64,000 nucleotides of DNA from Phaeosaccion multiseriatum (Eukaryota > Protista > Ochrophyta, other classes), in contig OZ218955.1 in the NCBI GenBank assembly GCA_965112735.1, forward strand, positions 2,666,001-2,730,000, given 5' to 3'. A program made the translations under genes and the position numbers. The notes under the pieces were generated by a model that ran no database searches, had not been told where the DNA came from, and saw only the letters and a list, made by a program, of their open reading frames with translations. Position 1 is the first letter of the stretch, and every line of letters starts with the position of its first letter. Shown one piece after another: positions 38,201 through 53,949 of this stretch.

Positions 38201-38398
38201 GGCGATGACACACGACACGAAGAAGGCGATGTTCAGCAGCGCCCAGTAGGACATGCGATAGCCGCCGAGCCTCCCGCCGGCGGGCGGCAGCGCCACATCC
38301 TTGAGCTCCTTGCCCCGATGCAAGTGCGCATCAAACCCGGCATGCCTCCGAGGATCTCGCGTTGGCACGGGACACCTCGGTCCCTCCTTCCGCGACAT
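31637..38398 (-). CDS. Ferric reductase/NADPH oxidase-like flavocytochrome, multi-exon
   Basis: TM His motifs HKYLGFVFMGVLIVH and LHIGGAVGVIW; FAD-binding region GDVYYL...KHPFT; VLGPYR; NADPH motif IVIGSGSGCSLLLDF; VHVVFTT; C-terminal DFCGSIAL; start uncertain. Confidence 0.75.
34890..35031. repeat. (GCATATGGGCAG)n intronic minisatellite
   Basis: About 11 copies of a 12-bp unit; related to the GGCATATG array at 48057-48265. Confidence 0.9.
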
Positions 38399-39046
38399 GC
38401 ACGGCTGTTGCTGGATCGTCTCGCTACAGTTTTCCTCGTAGAGAGGAGGTGGTCCTCCAGACAAATCACAAATAAGGGTTCCAAGAAGAGAGCCATCAAA
38501 CTACCATCCAAACTCTCCTCTACCTCTCGAAGACCGCGACACGCCCCCACAATAAAACGCCCCTGGCTTAACATCCCTCTCATCATTAAGTTTTATAATT
38601 ACTCCCTCGTGTCTCCCTCCTCTCCTCTCATCTGGCAGCTCTTGTCGGCTTTGCACACACCTTGCACAGCCTCGTGCATTGAAATTCCTCCATGTACCTA
38701 AAAGGCGCTGCTCTTGGTCAACAGCTGCCCCACCACATACCCCATCCCACAAGCGACGATTTCTACACTCTAAATCGCGTGTGCAATTCAGAGATCCGCG
38801 TGACCTCCCCTACTTACTCAGGCACCCGACCCATGTCGCCCGTTTGCTGCCGAGGGTGGGGGGCGCCCCCACGAACACCCCAAGGCCCTTCTGTGGCAGC
38901 TCGGGCAGCTCCGACGGCGGGGGCGGGATTCCGAGTCGGTGCATCCACCCTCGACCTTCCGCTGTTCCTGCTGCCCCGCCCCAGGCTCGGGTTCTTGAGA
39001 GGCAGGCGCAGGCACTCCTGGTGTGTGCGTTTGCAGATCAGTAGGA

Positions 39047-40026
39047 TCAGATACGCTGCTCGCAACAGGATACGCATGAAGGAATCAGATTATAAAGTGG
39101 GCGCGAGGAAAAGAGGGCATTCACCTGGAAGTGGCGGAAGTTGTCGCGCAGCATCTTGCCGTAGACTGCCTTCCAGCCCTCCCTCGTGCGCTTGTCTAGG
39201 AAGAGCTTCCGATCCTTCCCGCGCTGCTTCCACAGGGTCTGCAGCACCGTCAGCTGCTTCGTCCTCACGCCGCCGCCTGTGTTGTCCTTGTCTTTGTCCT
39301 TGTCGATCTCCTCGTCGTCGCAGTGGTTGGCTCTCCAAGCCGAGAGGGCGGCCTGCCACAGCCCCAGGAGGGCGTCAAGGTACAGCGGCAGAGACACCGT
39401 CACGAGGAAGATGATCTGCAGACAGGGGAAGGGAAGGGGGTGTTCGGGGATGCATTCATTCATTCATTTGAGTCAGTCATTGGGGTGGCGAGGGCCGGCA
39501 GAGGCGAGGCGCGGGCATCAGAGGCCACGAGGAGGCGGGGCGAGGGGAGGGGAGGAAGCTGGCTTCTCGCCATTGAGCTGCGCCACCCATCTTCCGCGCT
39601 GCTCTGCCCTTCTTCCCTGACTGACACCAGGTACTGACTGACCTGCATAATGTAGATGGCGTTGGTGGCCCTCCTCTCGAACTCCCCCCCGGCGTACGTG
39701 CCGAATTGCATGGTGAGCAGCAGCGCCAGCATCACCACATTCACGCCCGCGCCCACACCGGCCACCCAATTCAGCTCCGAGTTGCAGAAGGGCCGAAGCA
39801 CCAACACGAAGAGCAAGCTCACACCTGTGAAGGCCAGGAAGATAGCGAGCTGCGTCGTCGCGGTGGACACGAAGGCCGCCACCGCCGCCAGGGCCAGGAT
39901 CTGGGCGAAGGTGAAGAGTGCGTAATATAGGCCGACATCTGTGAAGTCAGCATACACGGGCTCGTTTCCGATGCGCAGCAGCTCCGCCTCGGCCACCCTT
40001 TTCCTCAGCTTCAGGGCCTCGACCTG

Positions 40027-40072
<46 letters not shown>

Positions 40073-42053
40073 GCCGAAGACGACGGCTGATGCCGGAAGC
40101 CTTCGCCCCCGGCCCCCCTCCGCCTGTGCTGCGTTGGATCCGGGGTGGTGGTGAGGAGATCCGGTTCGCTGCAGTAGACTGTCATCCACGCTCCTGAAGG
40201 GGTTGTTGTCATGTTAGCATGTACATGTCCTCTTCTTCCTTGTCAACGCCCTGCATCGATCGACGCACAGGTACATTAAGCTCTCTGGGCACCCCACACG
40301 CAGACACACACTCACCGGTGTCGAAGCAGGACAGGAAGCGCTCCTCTCCGAAGAGCGTGCCCCACAACGAACGTTTCACCTTGGCCCACACCCCGAGGGA
40401 CTCCGAGTCGTCGGGGCCTTCCTCCTCCTTCTCCTTTTTTCCATAGTGTGCAAAGACGAGCTGCTGCGCCGAGTCACTCCTCTGCCTGAGCAGCTTCACA
40501 ATAAACCCGCCGCAGTACGCCACGATGAGGCAGGGGAGAAGGAGGAAGGCGAGCACCCCGGTCGCCACCGCCCAGTCGCAGTCAGAGGTCATTACTCCCA
40601 ACTCCGCCAGAGAGGTGCCCTCCAATATAAAGACCATCACCACGAGCAGCACGTGCGGGTAGTATGTCCAGAACTTGGGCCTCTCGATTGGATCCGCCAT
40701 CGCTCTGTCCCGGTCAGAATCCTCTTCCTCCTTCTTCCCTTCCCCCTTCTCCTCCACTGTTGCCAAGCCCACGCCTCCTCCGTGGGAGGGTGCCACCGCC
40801 ACCGCCGCCGCCGCCTCCTCACTCTCACTCACAAGGCCCCAATGCTGCTGCTCCTGCACCGCCGAGGCGTCGCTTCTTCTCGCCCCTGGACGAGCATGGG
40901 CGTCTGCCTCTGCGAGGACGTTGCTGACGCGATACAAGCTCGGTACCTGGGCAGGCAGGGCCCGATGGGCCTTGTCGTCCTCCCACATCGCCTTGTGCCA
41001 CGCCTCTGCCGCCTGAAGCTCTCCTAGGTACGCCGCCCCCAGCACCGGGGACACATACTCCCTCGTCATTGTGTTCTCCCTCCTCCCACTCCTCCTCTTG
41101 GGACTGTTCGTGTGGAGGAGCACGCGTATGTCACTCCCGTGTGTAATGCCCACCCCCTGCGCCACTCGCCACTCCAGCTTGGCCCTCTCGCGGGCGTGCC
41201 ATCTCGCCTCCACGTAGCTGCCCAACCCGATGCTGAGCAGCACGAACGCAAGCACCAGCCCACACACAAGAATGAGGTTCCCAACGAAGCGCCGCACCGC
41301 CTCGGAGCCGTTACACGAGCCCTGCCCCCCTGCCCCCCCTTCCTCCCCCTTCTCTGCCAAGAAGCCCACCTTCCACCACAAGTTGGTCCAGGAGAGGGCC
41401 TCGGCGAAGTCTGCGAAGTTCCTCTCGGTGGGTAACACAAAGGCGAGAAGAGCGAGGAACTGCACATGCTGTATCAGCACGCGCGCACTGGGGGTGTGGG
41501 GGGCACGTATAGGCAGGTGGGTGGGTAGGTGGGTGGGTGGGTGTCGGGACAGAGAGCGGGTGTCAGGACAAGAAAAAGAGGTCCTGCATATGCTCCACCA
41601 GTCATCACACACTTGCTCATGAGTGAGGAGGAGACTGAGTCAAGCAACTGAACTGACAGACGTGTTTCTAACCTACCTCGTCGCGCTTGGGCTTCGAGAG
41701 GACGGCTGAGGCCCTCTTCCCGTAGTGGAGGCGCCCACGAGGCCCAAGATGGACACGACCCCAATGAGTCCCACCGCCACAGCCACAAAGATGCTGAGAC
41801 ACAACGCCGAGGCCTCGCCAGACAGGTAGCGGCTGTCCCCCACCCGAACGCGCTCCTGCCCAATGCCTTGCTCCGCCACACACTGAACACACGCGCCTTC
41901 GTCGAACATGTCCTCCTCGTCAGGGGACTGGGGAAAGGAGGGAGCAACAGGATTCAACCCTTCCACCCAAGGCAGCTTCGAAGTAGATCGAGTTTACGTG
42001 GTAAGAGCGGGTTTTCGTCGAGCGTAGATAGCTCAGCGGGCGGCGCAAGCAGC
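39047..42053 (-). CDS. TRP/FLC-like (fungal flavin-carrier/PKD2-type) multi-pass membrane protein; 5' end unresolved
   Basis: LIQHVQFLALLAFV..NFADFAEALSWTNL, EPVYADFTDVGLYY, VLVLRPFCNSELN; about 8 hydrophobic segments over exons ~41675-41928, 40317-41490, 39644-40196, 39124-39416. Confidence 0.6.
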
Positions 42054-42302
42054 TGTAGGCAGGATGGGAGTGTCCCGGCTCTTCAATGCATGGTCGTTTT
42101 GCTTATGCTCATCTTCCTTCAAGGATGGGTCGATTTTTCTGACCCCAGGGGGGAGAATGAAAAAAAATGCCTCATTTTTCCAGAGGCCTCCACCTTCAGA
42201 GGGTGGGGCTGTAAGCCCCTCCTCCCCTCCTTCCAACATATCCCGAGACTATCGAGATACAGGAGCCTCGGATCGTGTCGCCATAGGGGCGGAGGAGATG
42301 GT

Positions 42303-42361
42303 GAGCCAACTCTCTGCAGATGCTGAGCCAACTCTCTGCAGATGCCGAGCCAACTCTCTGC
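42303..42361. repeat. 22-bp tandem repeat, about 3 copies
   Basis: gagccaactctctgcagatgc(t/c) repeated. Confidence 0.85.
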
Positions 42362-43372
42362 ACGTCTCGGGAAGCGCGAGGCAGGGGCGGAGCGAGTCGA
42401 GGAGGGCTGGCGGAGCGACGGGTGGCATAGAGAAGTGCATCTGGCTGAGTGAGGCAAGAGGGAAGGCACGGCTGATGGCGAGCGAGCGTGCGCATTGTCA
42501 TTCATCATGAAATATTGAATCCCGATCGTCACGAGGGCAGCAACAGAGGCCTCAATCTCTTTTGCCCTCTTCCTTCGCCGCCTTGTGTGTGTGTGTGTGG
42601 CAGTGCCATTTCTACTCCTCCTCCCTTCTCAAGGCCATCAATCCGTGTAGTCTTCCTTCTCCCCCTCTCCACACCCCCCCAGATTCATGCAGACTATTGC
42701 TGCTCGGCATTGTGCCCATACAGAGGTGCCCACACGCTCCCCGAAACCGAACGTCGTTCCAGCCCCCTGAGCCCAGTAAAGAAGCAGCACACGACTGTGT
42801 GCTCCATGGAGCCTGCGGAATCGCTTGGGCAGCTGCACCTCGTCCCCTTCATGGAGCGCCTTCGCAGGACGACGGGTGGCAGAGGTACTCCTCCCCGCAC
42901 CATCTCCCCCCTTAGCTCTCTCCTCTCGACGAACAGCGTGCAGGGCATTGGGATCCCCTCTCTGCCCGTTGGGTGTGGCGATTCCCGCCTCTCAGGCTCG
43001 GCGCCCTCTCCCTCACAACCACCTGCAGCCACAGCGAAGGGAGGCATGTACTGGAAACCCGTAGGCCTGGGGCAGCCCCACTGCGTCGACATGACCCCTA
43101 TTTTTGTAGTGAGTCGAATGCGGAGTGCGAGAGACGCCAAAGGGGTCTCTAAGCGTGTGAGGCGTGTGAGGGGCAGTAACTCTCCACCGCGCCTCGAACA
43201 GCAGAGCGGCAGTGACATCACCACTGCACTCAGCAAGGCCACCATCCATTGCAATCGCCGCTCGACAAGGCCACCATCCACTGCCACCGCCGCTCGACAA
43301 AACGCCCACTCCTCTGCTCATCATCGCCATTGCATCGCCTGTACCGGGCTCCGATGTCTGGACATGGGACTT

Positions 43373-43472
43373 GTCCCCTAGTTTGGGTCCCCTTGATTGG
43401 GTCCCCTTGATCGGGTCCCCTAGATTGGGTCCCCTTGATTGGGTCCCCTGATTGAGTCCCCTTGATTGGGTC
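43373..43472. repeat. 14-bp tandem repeat (GGGTCCCCTTGATT)n
   Basis: About 7 slightly degenerate copies. Confidence 0.9.
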
Positions 43473-43858
43473 GTCCCTCTCCCACACTGGCATCTCAGCT
43501 GCGCTCTCGAAGTTGCCACGTGGCGTAGGCAGGGAGCTCGTCCTTTGCTCCTTGTTCCTCCCGCTTTCTCCCCCGCCACCCCCTCCCTCCCGAAAGGAAG
43601 GAAGGAAGGAAGGAAGGAAGCGCAGGCCCAGTACCCCCCCAGCGCATGAATACGAAGGGCAATACTCCGGCCCCGTGTGCTGTGTGTGCGTGTGAATGCC
43701 TGCCCCCCCCCCGCGCCACGCCCGCCCTGCCCCACTGTACTGCTGCGCCCCATCAGAGCCGCGAAGGTCGATGCATCGTGCACACTCAAGGGCAATAAGG
43801 AGAGTGGTCATGACCCTCGGTACCACTAGGAAGGGTGCCTCCCGACACTCAGTAGTGC

Positions 43859-44464
43859 TCAGTACCATGAGGAGGTGGGTACGCTGGCTCGCACGAAGCT
43901 GTAGCGCACTCGGCGGTGCACAGCCCACGCCAGCGGAATCAGCGCCGCGTCCAGCAGGAATCTGCGGGTACATCGTGTGGTGATGGGGGTGTATGGGGCG
44001 GGACATCAAAATGCAAAACTCAGCGAAGAAGGAGACAGGGGCGCACGAGGGCATGTACTCTTCGATGCAGAGCCAACACACCACACCACGACACACCACA
44101 CCACGACACACCACACCACACCCACCCATTCCACCACTTTCCCGCTCACCTGGTAGCGACTGCGAGATTGGGAGTGTGTAGGCTGCCGATCATCACGTTG
44201 ACCACCGTCGCCAAGACGAACAGCCGGATGCCCAGCTCGCTGCGGGCGAAAACGCTTACCGCGCCCAGGCAGCCGATCACGAGCACCAACACGTACGCTA
44301 TCTGCGCATCAGACCTGCGCCACACACACACACATACACACACAGCAGCAACAGCAGCAGTACAGAAGGGGGGGCGGGGAGGGGGTGGAAAGGCACGTGA
44401 GCACCTATTCGTTGTTGAATACCGCACAGGCATGCAAGCACCTTTATGAGGGCCCTTCCCGCTC

Positions 44465-44505
<41 letters not shown>

Positions 44506-45624
44506 CTCGCTCCCACACTCTCACTCACTTGTGATCTTGGGCGAAGTCGAAAGGCTGAGGGATGCCGTTGGGGTTGGTGGGCTCATGTACCCCGCTGTCG
44601 AGAATGTCGCTTCGAGCCAGTACCCTGCCGAGCAAGGGAGAAGGACGGGGACGAGGGCGAAGGGTGGGGCTGTTGAGAGAGGCCTGAGGAGAGAAAGAAG
44701 GCTCAATGCACAGCAATGCACAGCCTCTCCCTCCGTCTATGGCGACTAACACAGAGTGACCTGAAGGGACGTACAACCTGGCGACAACTTACAGTGAGGC
44801 GTATGTGATGTTAAAGGCCATGGCCACGAAGAAGAGCAGCTGTGCACGGCGGAACTCGAAATGGTCCAACTGGGAGTTTTCTGGCCAAGAGATAATGGCG
44901 TAGTCCGGCGCGCTGCTCACCGGTTCCGGTCTGCTCGAGGGCGCATCCTCCTGCAGGCCCAGGTAGGTTCGGCCGCCGAACTCGACCTTTGTGAGGTGAA
45001 GGGGAGGGGTTGCGGGTGAGTGGGGTGCCTTCGGACGGAGAGAAGAGAGAGGAGGTGAGGACATGGGATAGCCTGACCGATACACATGAGAGCGCGAAGT
45101 GGGTACAGTTTTTCGGGTAGCAGAGGAAGGAAAGAGACGGATGAAGGGGGCGGGGGGGGGGAACGAGCCACCACTCTACAACCCGACCCCCCGACACACA
45201 CGCCCTTGTCCGGTAGCCATCCGAGCATCGCGTCTCGTGGGGGTCGCCGGCGCTCATAAGCCACCGCAGCACAACACAAAGCGCGGCTTGGCAAGAAACC
45301 AATCGGAGCCATATGGACATTGAGAAGAGCCAGAATTAGAAAAGCGAAAAAAACACCTCACGCCGCGCAGAGCTTTCTCCCTAAATACTGGTACCAGTAG
45401 CGCGCCACAGCACACACCTGGATCGGCCCGACGTTATTCTCCTCCCTCACACCCACACCCCTCCCCCGCCCCGCAATGCTGGGCTTGTGATAGTAAAGCC
45501 AGCGAGAGTCCAGGTCTCCAGGTGCACCGGCGGCAGCTCGGGCGGGACCGGACCCGGACCCTGAGCCTGGGCCTGGGTCCGAGTCTGCGGACGTGCCGCT
45601 TGCGACAGCGGCAGGCGACGGCAT
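43859..45624 (-). CDS. Hypothetical membrane protein, multi-exon
   Basis: Spliceable exons encode FRRAQLLFFVAMAFNITYASL, IAYVLVLVIGCLGAVSVFARSELGIRLFVLATVVNVMIG, FLLDAALIPLAWAVHRRVRYSFV..WY*; start uncertain. Confidence 0.55.
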
Positions 45625-46072
45625 CCTCTCTGGCTGAGTAGGGGAGAGCAGTTCTGCTGTGTCGGGGAGTTGACGGAGTGGCTGGTGTCAGGATATGCTT
45701 CAGGTTTTGGAGCTTGGGGTGCCGCCAGCCGTTACTTTCTGGCCCCCAACTAACTCCACCAAGTGAGTAGAGCGCCCCAAGACGCATTTCAGAGCAGCAG
45801 CAGAAGCTTTAGAAAGAAAGCAGTGGCAGCCGGTAGAGAGGAGCAGTAGGAGGAGGGCCAGGGAGGGAGGAGGAACTGTTCAGTCGGAGCGTTGTTGAGA
45901 GAAAGGAGTCAAAGGCGGTCGAAGGGGGGCGGTGTGGGATGCCAGCCATGGAGCGCAGGAAAGACACGTAACACGCAATCGGTCGGCTTAGCGGAGGAGG
46001 TAAAGCCTTGGTCCTTCTGGGGTGAAGGGTTGCATAGAAGCAATTGGCCCATAACTTGAAAGAAGAGGAGAG

Positions 46073-49976
<3,904 letters not shown>

Positions 49977-50284
49977 ATAGCGGCTGGATGGATGGATGAC
50001 CTAAATACCTGTATTGAAAATACCGAAGAAGCTCATTCTGTTGTTATTCTCTATAATAAATGACCAAGCAACTATGTAACCCAATCCCCCCCCCCCCCCC
50101 CCACCACCTCCTTTGATGCCACCATTACACACACCCCTCTCTCTGTACACCTGCCACTACATCCCGCCCCCCCTCCCGGCCGTGCTCCTCCTCCTCCTCC
50201 TCCTCCTCCTCCTCCTCCTTCTTCTTCTTCTTCTAACCCTACCCTCCTCCTCCCCCTCCCCTGCCCTAACCCCAACCATAAGCC

Positions 50285-50321
<37 letters not shown>

Positions 50322-50322
50322 C

Positions 50323-51621
50323 TCAAAGCTCCTTTGGAAGGTCCTCCCGTGCGCCTGTACAGCGCAGAGGGGGACAGAAAGGAGGGGGCCAAGGCAAGGC
50401 AAAGGCAACAAGCAAAGCAAGCACAACCAAAGCCAAGTCCAAGTGACAATACCAAAGATGAAAGAGAGCGTTAGTGAAGAGGAGAGACAGACTAGAGAGA
50501 ATCCGGCGGCTCCCACCTCAGGAGAAGCTCAGGCCCAGCTCAGGCACACACTCACGCACTCACCCACTCACCCACTCACTCACCCACCCACTCACCCACT
50601 CACCCACTCACTCACCCACCCACTCACTCACTCATTCACCCACTCACCCACTCACTCACTCACCAACTCACTCACTCCCTCCCTCCCTCCCTCCCTCACT
50701 CATTCACTCACTCACCACCCACACCCACGCACTCACTCTCTCACTCACTCACTCACCCCATTCGCTCCAGGAGCCGTCGTACAAAGGAGTGCGAGAGGCG
50801 TCCCTCCCCTGTGGCGGCCGTACAGAGACACCAGAGCACAGCACGGGGAAAGCAAGGGGAGGCAGGGGGGGGGGGGGGGTAGAGGAGGGGAGGGGACGGG
50901 AGGAGAGAAGGAATGTAGAGGAGGGGAGGGGACGGGCATCAGATGGTACAGGTGCAGCAGATCGCTTGTATACAAGCCAGCAAAGGGGCGTCCTTTCCAC
51001 CTCCCTCCCTCCCACCCTCACTCGCTCTCACTCACTCACTCTCTCTCACTCCCTCCCTCCCTCCCTCCCTCCCTCCCTCCCTCCCTCCCTCCCTCCCTCC
51101 CTCACTCACTCACTCACTCACTCACCGCGAGCTGCAGAGCCAGCGTGAGCACCGCCCCTGTGACGCCTGAGCCGCACATGGTCACGAGCGGTGCCGGGTT
51201 GTCCACGTCCACACCGGCAGCCTCGAACACCTGGTGGTGCCCCGGGGGGGAGGGGGGAGGTCGATTTGGCATGAACGTGTGTGTGTGTGTGGTGTGCGTG
51301 TGTGTGAGACAGTGAGAATCAAGTCCAGTCCAGTGCGCAAGAGCAACCGCAGCCTCCGCCCTCGTCCCTCCTGGCTTCCTCCCTCCCTCCCTCCCTCCCT
51401 CGCTCGCTCGCTCCCTTCCCTCCCTCGCTACGGACCTCTCTGATCTCCTGTGCCCCTTTGAAGGAAGTCCAATCCCCCTCCTGCAGCACCCCCTGGAAGG
51501 GCACACACACGGACCCCGGCACGTGTCCACCCTCCAGACCGGCCCGAGGCTCAGGCACTCTCCCGTGGAAGCGGTCTAGAGACCTTGCATCCACGAGACG
51601 AGGGCTGCTGCCGCTCCTGCT

Positions 51622-51677
<56 letters not shown>

Positions 51678-53541
51678 CCCGGTGAGGCGCTGAGGGGTGA
51701 ATGGAAGGAGAGGCATACGAAGCGCAGAGAGAGAGAGAGAGAGAGAGAGAGACCCCCGCATACATCCATACACGTCACTGTCCTGTCCTGTATCCATGAA
51801 TCCAAGTGCCCCGTCAGGCATGGACTTACCTGCTCCCACCGGCGTCGTCGTCGGCCCCTGCAGTATCACCAACTTCTGGTGCTGCTGCTCTTTCCTGCTT
51901 CGCCGCCTCGGCTATCTCCAGCACCCTCCTCCACCCCTTCACCATGCTGGGCTGGAGCGTTGCTTGGAAGCCTTGCTTGTCAATGAGCCATGCGTTACCC
52001 TTGACCTCTACCAGAGCGCGGGGCGGCCGGGAGGGGGGCTTGCTCTGATGAGGTAAGTCGTACAGGAAGTCAGTGACAAGGGCATGGATGCACGTATGCA
52101 AGGTGAGTGGGGCAGCCGTTGGTGGTACAGCAGCGGCACAGGGTTGCGCACGAGGGAGTCAGGATCGTACGCACTCATTCCGATATGTAACGAGTGTTTA
52201 GTGGTTGGCACCGCACGAGTACCTGAGAGGAAAGTGAGTTAACTGAGTATGTGGGTGAGTCGCCCGCCGCGATACAGGGCCCAGGCAGGAGAGCCTAGCT
52301 AGCCAGGAGAAGATAGACAGCCCTCCCTACCCCTCCCGCCCTGTCCCCCCCTCCCTCCTCCTCCCCGTCCCCTGCCCTCACATCACCCCCACCTCCGCAT
52401 CCCCAACCCCCCCCTCCCTCAGAAGAGATGCGCCGAGGAGAAGAGAAGACAAGACGACCCACCTTGGCGGCTCCGCTCTCAATGTTTCCGCCAATTGCCT
52501 TCCACGCGTTCAGCCCTCCCTGCAACACCTGTCTCCCAGGTCAGTCCAGTCCAGTTCCAGAGCGCCGGGGCGAGGCAAACAGAGCGCAGGAACCGGAGAC
52601 GGGGGGGTGTGAGCGACAGAGAGGGAAGAAGGGAGAGAGGGAGGGGGGGGGGGATTTGGCGTTGACTCTCGCAGTACTCTCACGTACGTGCACGTTGTTG
52701 TGGCCAAAGCACCTAAACGTCCACCACACCCGAGCGGCGCTGAAGCAGTCGGGCGCGGTGTAGACGAACACACTGTCCTGGTTGGTGATGCCTAGAGACG
52801 AGACCGCTATGGATACGAGTGTTGATGAAGCAGCAGTAGCAGCCAGAGTGAGGGCATCGCACACTCGGTCAGAGAGCAGTCGCAGAGACACAAAGGAACT
52901 CCACGCGTGTGGCCCTAAATTACGTCTCACTCCGTGCAGGGAGGCGAGAGAGCGCACACACGCACACATACACACACACACACACACCTGCTGCGAAGGC
53001 GTCTTCCGACGGCAGCATGTGCGGCAAGGAGCTGCGCTGCTCGCTGACCGCGTCGATGTCGAAGAAGGCCGCCCCCTCAATATGAGCCTCCTCAAACTCA
53101 GCCTTGGCGTCGCGGCTCCCTCCCAGGTGCCAAGAGCCGTCCAGCACGGTCACTGTAAGAAGGAGGGGGAACCAATCGAACAACTTTGTGTGAGAAACAA
53201 CGGGATGGTCCAGAGAGCAAAGAGAGGAAGAATAACCAATAGCCCTGGGGATGCGGCCCACCTTTCTCTCCTCCGTCCTTGCTGGCATTGCGTAAGACCA
53301 TCTGCAGCTCCTTGGCCGAGATGAGGGGAGGTATGACCGCCATGGTGGCCATCGCACGCACGGCTTTGTGCTGTACTTGCCCCCGGACGCCCCCCAAGGC
53401 CGAGAGCCCTCTCGTGCGCGGTGGCGCAGCAGAGACGAGCGCAGCAGCTCGGCCCAGAGCGGCGCAGGAGGACGGCGGGCACGAGGAGGATATGGCCCCT
53501 CCCCAGAACACGGCCCTTACCGCTCTCCCCACGCGAAGCAT
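50323..53541 (-). CDS. MPST: 3-mercaptopyruvate/thiosulfate sulfurtransferase (tandem rhodanese), with a probable mitochondrial presequence
   Basis: VLDGSWHL, HIEGAAFFDID..LPHMLPS, SAARVWWTFRCFGH, VLQGGLNAWK, LVDARSLDRFHGRVPEPRAGLEGGHVPGS, active-site loop CGSGVTG, LYDGSWSEW|GAREDLPKEL*; Arg/Ala/Ser-rich N-terminus. Confidence 0.92.
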
Positions 53542-53690
53542 GTTTAAGACAGAGAGAAGAGAAACCCGAGAAGCAAATCAAGTTGGTCACACCCAGAAAG
53601 TCACAGATGGGTTGACCCATATGCTTGTGTCGTCACTCTTGCAGTTTGTACGGTGAAAAATGTTCTAAAAATTTGCAGGACATTCGATCT

Positions 53691-53752
53691 TCGAACAAGA
53701 TATTTGGTGCCATTCTAATCGAACATAAGATATTTGGTGCCATTCTATTCGA
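53691..53752. promoter_or_regulatory. Tandem duplicated ~29-bp AT-rich element in the divergent promoter between MPST and the secreted protein
   Basis: tcgaaca(t)aagatatttggtgccattcta occurs twice in tandem; regulatory role is inferred from position only. Confidence 0.4.
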
Positions 53753-53949
53753 CCTTAATGGGACCCGGGATTTACGGCTACACACAGAGATTAGATTAGA
53801 TTGCGGCAGTTAGGGACTTTGGAACGACGAGAGTACCAAAAAATCAAATTGTTGATGACGCCGAGTCACAACCAGACTCTAAAAGAGAGTGTTGCAGTGT
53901 TACTGACACAACAAGGTATAGCCAAAGTACCTAAACAAACTAGACGAGG

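Noticed and set aside
42064-43381. Plus-strand ORFs of 148 and 297 aa
   Set aside because: No recognisable motifs. The region may instead hold unresolved 5' exons of the minus-strand TRP-like gene, and I cannot decide from sequence alone.
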